Positions 58,294-64,000 of a stretch of DNA of 64,000 nucleotides are shown one piece after another. The position numbers and the translations under genes are program-made. A model generated the notes under the pieces. It was not told where the DNA came from, made no database searches, and was given only the letters and a program-made list of their open reading frames with translations. Each line of letters begins with the position of its first letter. Positions within the stretch are counted from its first letter, which is position 1. This DNA comes from Chitinophaga pinensis (GTDB lineage Bacteria; Bacteroidota; Bacteroidia; UKL13-3): assembly GCA_945870425.1 (NCBI GenBank), contig CAMBSD010000009.1, forward strand, positions 50,180 through 114,179, read 5' to 3'.

Positions 58294-59763
58294 ATGCTAA
58301 AACAAGGTTTACAACAAAAGCTTCAACAAAAATTATCTCCACAACAGATACAATTTATTAAGTTACTTCAACTTAGTACAGTTGACTTTTTGCAAAGAGT
58401 AGATTTGGAAATGATTGAAAACCCTGCCTTACTTGGTGCTAAGGATGAGGATGCTTTGCCTTCAGAAGACCCAAAAGCTGAAACTGAATCCACAACGGAT
58501 ATAGAAGAAGACAGATCCATAGATGATTATATGATGGATGAAGCATACGATGTAAAAGAGTATGTGAATGATGAATATGAACCTGATGGTTTCCACCTAA
58601 GTGATGAAGGAGATGAGGAACGCAAAGAAACACCCATAACTGAAACCGAATCATTTCACCAACATGTTCAAGAGCAATTTAATTCCATAGCCGAAGATGA
58701 TAGAGAACTTGTGATAGGCACTCAAATTATTGGAACCATTGACGATGATGGCTATTTAAGACGCCCATTAGAAGCGATAATTAACGATTTAGCTTTTGCT
58801 CAAAACATAGAGGCCCAAATACCTGAAATGGAAATTTGCCTTCAAAAAATACAGAAATTAGACCCTGCGGGAATTGGAGCAAGAAACCTTCAGGAGTGTT
58901 TGATTATCCAATTAAAAAGAAAAGATTTTTACAACCGAGCCATCGAATTGGCCATAGATATTCTTGAAAATCACTTCGATGATTTTATCAAAAAACATTA
59001 TGATAAACTCATTAAACAACTAAAAATAAACGAAGAACAACTAAAAGCTATCATCCAAATTATCACCAAACTAAATCCTAAGCCGGGCGATAGTATTAGC
59101 AGTGCAAGGGCACAATACATTACCCCTGATTTTATTTTGATAAATGACGATGGTAAAATATCTGTATTATTAAATTCTCGTAATGCCCCAGATTTAAGAA
59201 TTAGCCGCTCGTATATGGAAACTTTGAAAGGTTTTGATGAGGCTAAAAACCCAACAAGGGAGCAAAAAGAATCTGTACAATTTATCAAGCAAAAGTTAGA
59301 TGGGGCCAAGTGGTTTATTGACAGCATCAAACAAAGGCAAAACACCTTGCTGCATACTATGAATGCCATCTTGCAATACCAAAAAGCTTATTTCGAAGAG
59401 GGTGACGAGACAAAGCTTCGACCAATGATTTTAAAAAATATTGCAGAGGTTACCAATCTTGATATTTCTACCATTAGCCGTGTGGCAAACAGCAAATATA
59501 TTGAAACCGATTGGGGTGTAATTCCGCTTAAATTTTTCTTTAGTGAAGGTATCAGCACCGATGATGGTGAAGAGGTGAGCAGCAGAGAGGTAAAAAAAAT
59601 ATTGAAAGATGCCATTGAAGCTGAGGATAAAAACAAGCCGTTACCTGATGAAAAACTGATGGATATATTGAAGGAAAAGGGCTATAACATTGCCCGTAGA
59701 ACCATTGCCAAATACAGAGAGCAGTTAAATATTCCTGTTGCCCGCCTACGAAGAGAAATGTAG
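58294..59763 (+). CDS. rpoN: RNA polymerase sigma-54 factor
   Basis: Gln-rich N-terminus (LQQKLQQKLSPQQIQF), HTH, C-terminal RpoN box 'ARRTIAKYRE'. Start set at the 2nd Met. Confidence 0.9.
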   Translation: MLKQGLQQKLQQKLSPQQIQFIKLLQLSTVDFLQRVDLEMIENPALLGAKDEDALPSEDPKAETESTTDIEEDRSIDDYMMDEAYDVKEYVNDEYEPDGFHLSDEGDEERKETPITETESFHQHVQEQFNSIAEDDRELVIGTQIIGTIDDDGYLRRPLEAIINDLAFAQNIEAQIPEMEICLQKIQKLDPAGIGARNLQECLIIQLKRKDFYNRAIELAIDILENHFDDFIKKHYDKLIKQLKINEEQLKAIIQIITKLNPKPGDSISSARAQYITPDFILINDDGKISVLLNSRNAPDLRISRSYMETLKGFDEAKNPTREQKESVQFIKQKLDGAKWFIDSIKQRQNTLLHTMNAILQYQKAYFEEGDETKLRPMILKNIAEVTNLDISTISRVANSKYIETDWGVIPLKFFFSEGISTDDGEEVSSREVKKILKDAIEAEDKNKPLPDEKLMDILKEKGYNIARRTIAKYREQLNIPVARLRREM

Positions 59764-59770
59764 TTTTAAC

Positions 59771-60538
59771 TTATTTCGAGAATATTTTTCTTGAGTTTTC
59801 AGTAGTTATTTCAGCCACTTTGGCTATACCAACACCTTTCAATTCTGCTAATTTCTTTGCAATATCAATAATGAAAAAACTCTCATTACGTTTGCCCCTA
59901 TGAGGCACTGGAGCGAGGTACGGAGAATCAGTTTCCAAAACAAGATGCTCTAAATCAATGGCTTCAATGGCCTTATCCAAGCCACTGTTTTTATATGTTA
60001 ACACACCTCCTATGCCGAGATAAAAACCTAATTCCACAACCTTATGTGCTTCTTCAGCATTGCCACTAAAACAATGAAAAATGCCTCGAAGTTTAGGGTG
60101 TTTCATTTCTTCCAATAAGGTTATTAAATCGGTGTTTGAATTTCTCGAATGAATAACAATGGGCAAGTCCTGCTGAATAGCCCATTGGCATTGTTTTCTG
60201 AAGGCTGTTATTTGCTGATCTTTGAATTCAGTTGACCAAAAATAGTCTAAACCAATCTCTCCAACTGCATAAAACTTTCTTTTTTTAAACCAATTTTGAA
60301 TCTGAAAAAGTTGCGCCTCAAAATTGGCATCAACCGAACAGGGGTGAAGACCCATCATAGGGTAACAGTTTTCGGGAAATTGCCACACCAAATCAAGCAT
60401 GGGCTGAATGCTAGCCGTTTCAATATTGGGTAAAAAAAAACGAGTCACCCCATTTTTGATGGCCTTTTCAATGCTTTCTTTTCTGTCATTATCAAATTCT
60501 GAAGCATATAAATGGGTGTGGGTATCCGTAAAAATCAT
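59771..60538 (-). CDS. TatD family hydrolase (metal-dependent DNase)
   Basis: 'FTDTHTHL' and downstream His/Asp/Glu metal-ligand pattern (GEIGLDY, HSR, HCFSG, ETDSPY). Confidence 0.85.
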   Translation of the reverse strand: MIFTDTHTHLYASEFDNDRKESIEKAIKNGVTRFFLPNIETASIQPMLDLVWQFPENCYPMMGLHPCSVDANFEAQLFQIQNWFKKRKFYAVGEIGLDYFWSTEFKDQQITAFRKQCQWAIQQDLPIVIHSRNSNTDLITLLEEMKHPKLRGIFHCFSGNAEEAHKVVELGFYLGIGGVLTYKNSGLDKAIEAIDLEHLVLETDSPYLAPVPHRGKRNESFFIIDIAKKLAELKGVGIAKVAEITTENSRKIFSK

Positions 60539-60611
60539 GTGGCAAAAGTAAATAACATATTTTTATTTAGTTTGAGATTTTATCTGCAAATTTGCCACTC
60601 CATTTTTACAT

Positions 60612-62879
60612 ATGAATCAATCTATTCCATCGGGCAATTTAGCCACACTTGAACAAGCACAGCAATTAGGTCTTAGACCAGAAGAATTTGAAAAAATTAA
60701 AGAAATTTTAGGTCGCACACCCACTTTTACCGAAATGAGTATTTACTCGGTAATGTGGAGCGAACATTGTTCGTATAAAAATTCAATTGTTTGGCTAAAA
60801 ACATTGCCTAAAAAAGGGGAAAAAATGTTGGCCGAAGCAGGTGAAGAAAATGCAGGTTTGATTGATATTGGCGATGGATTGGCATGTTGTTTTAAAATTG
60901 AAAGTCATAATCACCCAAGTGCGATTGAGCCATACCAAGGTGCGGCAACCGGGGTAGGCGGAATAAACCGCGATATTTTTTCGATGGGTGCTCGCCCCAT
61001 TGCGCAACTAAATTCATTGCGCTTTGGAAATATAGAAAACGAAAGAACCAAATGGTTGGTTCGTGGCGTAGTTAAAGGAATTGGAAATTATGGAAATGCT
61101 TTTGGTATCCCAACTGTAGGTGGTGAAGTGTATTTTGACGATTGCTATCAAATTAACCCTCTGGTAAATGCTATGAGTGTTGGCATTGCCAAAGTTGGCA
61201 AAACAGTTTCTGCTATAGCCGAAGGCGTTGGTAATCCCGTTTATATATTTGGTTCAGCTACGGGTAAAGACGGAATTCATGGGGCTGCATTTGCAAGTAA
61301 AGACATTTCCGAAGATTCAGCTAAAGATTTACCTTCCGTTCAAGTAGGCGATCCTTTCTGGGAAAAATTAATTTTGGAAGCTAGCATGGAATTACTTGAA
61401 ACTGATGCCATTGTTGGAATGCAAGATATGGGTGCTGCGGGAATTACTTGCTCAACTAGCGAGATGAGTGCAAAGAGTGGAACAGGAATGAAAGTGTGGT
61501 TGGATAAAGTTCCCATGCGCCAAGAAGGCATGAAAGATTGGGAAATTCTTTTATCAGAAAGCCAAGAGCGTATGTTGGTGATTGTAAAAAAAGGAATGGA
61601 AGCCCAAGTTGAAAAAGTATTAGAAAAATGGGATTTAACTTATAATATTATCGGTGAAGTAACTGATTCAGGTCGTGTTCAATATTACATGAACGATGAA
61701 TTACGTGCTGATATTCCAGGAGAAAGTTTGGTTTTAGGTGGTGGTGCTCCCGTTTATCACCGCGAATACACAGAGCCAAAATACTTTAAAGAAATTGCTC
61801 AGTTCGACATGAACGACATACCGGATTTATCTTTTACTGAAAATAATTCATCTGAGAAATCTGTGCAATCTGTGGCCAAATTCTTAGCTGCTCACCCAAA
61901 TATTGCATCGAAAAGATGGGTGTATAACCAATATGATAGCATGGTAGGAACTATTAACCAAACTACCAATGCGCCAAGTGATGCCTCTGTAGTAAAAGTT
62001 AAAGGAACCGACAAATCAATTGCTATGACAGTTGATTGTAACAGCCGTTTTGTTTGGGCTGACCCATTTGTAGGCGGACAAATTGCAGTTGCAGAAGCAG
62101 CTCGTAATTTGGTTTGTGCGGGTGCTGAACCTGCGGCCATTACCAATTGTTTAAACTTTGGAAATCCTTATAACCCTGAAGTGTATTACCAATTTGTATA
62201 TGCTATAAAAGGCATGGGCGAAGCTTGTAAAAAGTTTGATACACCTGTTACAGGTGGAAACGTAAGTTTTTATAACCAAAGCAGCGATAATGATGCCGTT
62301 TTCCCAACTCCAACCATTGGAATGGTAGGATTAATTGGCGATAACAAAAAACACATGACCATGGATTTTAAAAATGCAGGTGATGTAATTTATATGTTAG
62401 GTAATAGCAAAAACGATATCGGTTCATCGCATTATTTAGCGCACTACCACAAAGTACAATATTCGCCAGCACCATACTTTAACTTAGACGAAGAACATCA
62501 ATTACATAAAGCATTGTTGGGTTTAATAAATGGTAATCATATTGAATCGGCACACGATGTAAGTGAAGGTGGATTGTTTATTACTTTACTAGAAAGCGCC
62601 ATGCACAGAAACTTAAGTTTTGATGTTTCGACTCCGCTCAACAAGCAAAACTTAAGAACTGATGCTTTCTTATTTGGAGAAGCACAAGGACGTGCAGTCA
62701 TTTCAGTAAAATCTAATAATTGTATTCAAGTTGAAAGTTACTTAAGTGGTTTAAACATGCCGTTTGAAAAACTAGGAACAGTTACTGAAAATACAATTCA
62801 GGTAAATGAAGTAAACTTTGGTAAAACAGCTGATTTTGCAAACATTTACAACAATTCATTAGCTGAAAAATTAGCTTAA
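60612..62879 (+). CDS. purL: phosphoribosylformylglycinamidine synthase subunit PurL
   Basis: 755 aa, duplicated AIR-synthase-like domains. 'ESHNHPSAIEP', 'GGNVSFYNQ'. Confidence 0.9.
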   Translation: MNQSIPSGNLATLEQAQQLGLRPEEFEKIKEILGRTPTFTEMSIYSVMWSEHCSYKNSIVWLKTLPKKGEKMLAEAGEENAGLIDIGDGLACCFKIESHNHPSAIEPYQGAATGVGGINRDIFSMGARPIAQLNSLRFGNIENERTKWLVRGVVKGIGNYGNAFGIPTVGGEVYFDDCYQINPLVNAMSVGIAKVGKTVSAIAEGVGNPVYIFGSATGKDGIHGAAFASKDISEDSAKDLPSVQVGDPFWEKLILEASMELLETDAIVGMQDMGAAGITCSTSEMSAKSGTGMKVWLDKVPMRQEGMKDWEILLSESQERMLVIVKKGMEAQVEKVLEKWDLTYNIIGEVTDSGRVQYYMNDELRADIPGESLVLGGGAPVYHREYTEPKYFKEIAQFDMNDIPDLSFTENNSSEKSVQSVAKFLAAHPNIASKRWVYNQYDSMVGTINQTTNAPSDASVVKVKGTDKSIAMTVDCNSRFVWADPFVGGQIAVAEAARNLVCAGAEPAAITNCLNFGNPYNPEVYYQFVYAIKGMGEACKKFDTPVTGGNVSFYNQSSDNDAVFPTPTIGMVGLIGDNKKHMTMDFKNAGDVIYMLGNSKNDIGSSHYLAHYHKVQYSPAPYFNLDEEHQLHKALLGLINGNHIESAHDVSEGGLFITLLESAMHRNLSFDVSTPLNKQNLRTDAFLFGEAQGRAVISVKSNNCIQVESYLSGLNMPFEKLGTVTENTIQVNEVNFGKTADFANIYNNSLAEKLA

Positions 62880-62900
62880 TTTTATTTGCCCGTATTCTAT

Positions 62901-62936
62901 AAAAGCTTGACATTGAAAAGTGTCAAGCTTTTTTTA
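62901..62936 (+). terminator. rho-independent terminator after purL
   Basis: AAAAGCTTGACA-TTGAAAAG-TGTCAAGCTTTTTTT. Confidence 0.65.
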
Positions 62937-62946
62937 TCTTAAAATT

Positions 62947-63129
62947 ATGCTATTAAAAAAACAAATAATAGAAGCCATAGAAAACATGCCGAATGAATCG
63001 AGTACAGAAGATGTAATAGAACGCATCATTTTTATTCAAAAAATTTAGCAAGGAATTAGCGATGTTCAGAAAAACAATGTAGTTAACGAAGATAAAATTG
63101 ATTATTTAATTGACGAATGGTCGAAATAA
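62947..63129 (+). pseudogene. putative TA antitoxin (addiction-module component-like) with in-frame TAG at 63046-63048
   Basis: One frame reads 'MLLKKQIIEAIENMPNESSTEDVIERIIFIQKI*QGISDVQKNNVVNEDKIDYLIDEWSK'. Its position directly upstream of a RelE/ParE toxin fits an antitoxin. Confidence 0.45.
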
Positions 63130-63150
63130 AATGGACTAATAAATCTATAA

Positions 63151-63399
63151 ATGGATTTGAAAAGTATCTTTGAATATATTGCTCAAGATTCAAAAAAATA
63201 TGCTAGTTTACAAGTAAAAAAGATTAAAGAAAGAACTAAACAATTTAAAATACAACCTCTTTCAGGTCGAGTTGTCACTGAATTTGATGATTTAAATATT
63301 AGAGAACTTATTGAAGGCAATTATCGAATTGTTTATATGATATACGAACAAAAAATATTCATTTTAACAGTAGATCACTCAGCTAAATTATTAAGCTAA
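63151..63399 (+). CDS. RelE/ParE family toxin (N-terminally short)
   Basis: 'IFEYIAQDSKKYASLQVKKIKERTKQFKIQPLSGRVV...YRIVYMIYEQKIFILTVDHSA' matches the ParE/RelE fold pattern. A stop lies immediately upstream of the ATG, so it is about 10-15 aa shorter than usual. Confidence 0.55.
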   Translation: MDLKSIFEYIAQDSKKYASLQVKKIKERTKQFKIQPLSGRVVTEFDDLNIRELIEGNYRIVYMIYEQKIFILTVDHSAKLLS

Positions 63400-63458
63400 T
63401 TTTTACAACCAGTAATTCAAAAGAACTTTCTGTTCACGCGAAAACTATAAAGCGAAAT

Positions 63459-64000
63459 TTATACTTCCCCTAAATACTTCTTCAAAAAAAACTCTAAGCT
63501 ACAAACCCAAATATTTTTTATTGGATAAGTGTCGCTGCTTGGTGTAATTACATAGTTTTTGGTGGTACCCAAATCGTCTATACAATTATAAAACCCTCGA
63601 CTAATAGTAGGTGCATTCGATAATTTTATTTCAATACATGCCACAGGCTGATTGGCTTTAACCAATATCACATCTACCTCTGCACCATTTTGAGTTCTGT
63701 AATAATATATATCCATTCCTTCGGGTCTACTAGCATAAATTTGTTGAATAACATATCCTTCCCACGAAGCACCAATAATTGGATGACTTTGCAAAGTATC
63801 ATTATCCGTTATTCTGTTTACATAATGTACAATGCCACTATCTTTTACATACACCTTTGGGGCTTTAACCATTCGTTTATTGGTATTGGCAGTAAAAGCT
63901 TGTAACCTATGAACTAAAAATGCTCCTTCTAAAAACTCAAAATAGCGATTCGCAGTTGGAGCACTTACACCTAATGAATTGGCATACATTTCGGCCTTCC
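63459..64000 (-). CDS. AAA+ ATPase with DUF4143 domain, C-terminal part (gene continues past the window end)
   Basis: C-terminal 'LQAFTANTNKRMVKAPKVYVKDSGIVHY...' resembles DUF4143. The frame is open to position 64000. Confidence 0.5.
   Translation of the reverse strand, partial: KAEMYANSLGVSAPTANRYFEFLEGAFLVHRLQAFTANTNKRMVKAPKVYVKDSGIVHYVNRITDNDTLQSHPIIGASWEGYVIQQIYASRPEGMDIYYYRTQNGAEVDVILVKANQPVACIEIKLSNAPTISRGFYNCIDDLGTTKNYVITPSSDTYPIKNIWVCSLEFFLKKYLGEV

Noticed and set aside
4680-62146. Many short ORFs in the track that lie antisense to or inside long, well-supported genes. Examples: 4680..4868, 5769..6011, 7052..7267, 8641..9293, 11294..11488, 12679..12912, 13817..14023, 15697..15915, 17351..17581, 20262..20800, 20885..21079, 25263..25623, 26230..26487, 27317..27607, 28768..28956, 30417..31385, 33322..33801, 34636..35298, 36255..36893, 36933..37585, 38016..38273, 38815..39105, 39550..39759, 40796..41062, 41353..41538, 42180..42701, 44758..44946, 45515..45775, 47171..47362, 49208..49393, 51993..52411, 53380..53601, 55837..56031, 56666..56932, 58439..59636, 60795..62146 and 63690..63905.
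   Set aside because: They overlap strongly motif-supported genes on the other strand or frame, have low-complexity or odd composition, and carry no motifs. These are expected chance ORFs in AT-rich DNA.
1-64000. Possibility that TAA and TAG are sense codons (an alternative genetic code), raised by the three in-frame stops.
   Set aside because: Essentially every conserved gene in the window ends at its expected length with TAA or TAG. The in-frame stops occur only at single sites in accessory genes.
1-64000. Search for CRISPR arrays, rRNA genes, transposases or integrases, and IS inverted repeats.
   Set aside because: No regularly spaced direct repeats with unique spacers, no rRNA-like conserved blocks, and no DDE or tyrosine-recombinase motifs in any frame that I could recognise. 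The only interspersed repeats are the 140-nt element reported above.

Overview
AT-rich (~35% GC) chromosomal segment with clear Bacteroidota character, most likely Flavobacteriia or Sphingobacteriia. Five predicted secreted proteins carry type IX secretion (T9SS) C-terminal sorting domains: four type-A, one type-B (CHU_C). There are many lipoprotein and SYAQ-type signal peptides, and overlapping start/stop codons suggest translational coupling. Housekeeping genes recognised from motifs: rseP, serC-serA, Fe/Mn superoxide dismutase, ribBA, fbp, rpoN, purL, a TatD-family hydrolase, an LptF/G-type permease, a DEAD-box helicase, an ECF sigma factor, a two-component system, one tRNA-Ser(TGA), and several convincing rho-independent terminators. 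The stretch from about 43.2 to 51.8 kb looks accessory. It holds a four-gene cluster of secreted proteins ending in a dockerin-like protein. It also holds two short XRE-type regulators, one of them frameshifted in an A7 run, and an operon whose first gene has an in-frame TAA. Three same-orientation copies of a previously unexplained ~140-nt interspersed element occur there, each with a GAAA-tetraloop hairpin; one copy carries a 12-13-nt tandem microrepeat. Other disrupted genes are a ~1315-codon multi-repeat T9SS adhesin with a single in-frame TAA and a toxin-antitoxin (TA) antitoxin with an in-frame TAG. No CRISPR array, rRNA, transposase or integrase was found. All coordinates computed by hand (tRNA, terminators, repeats, revised starts) may be off by 1-2 nt.
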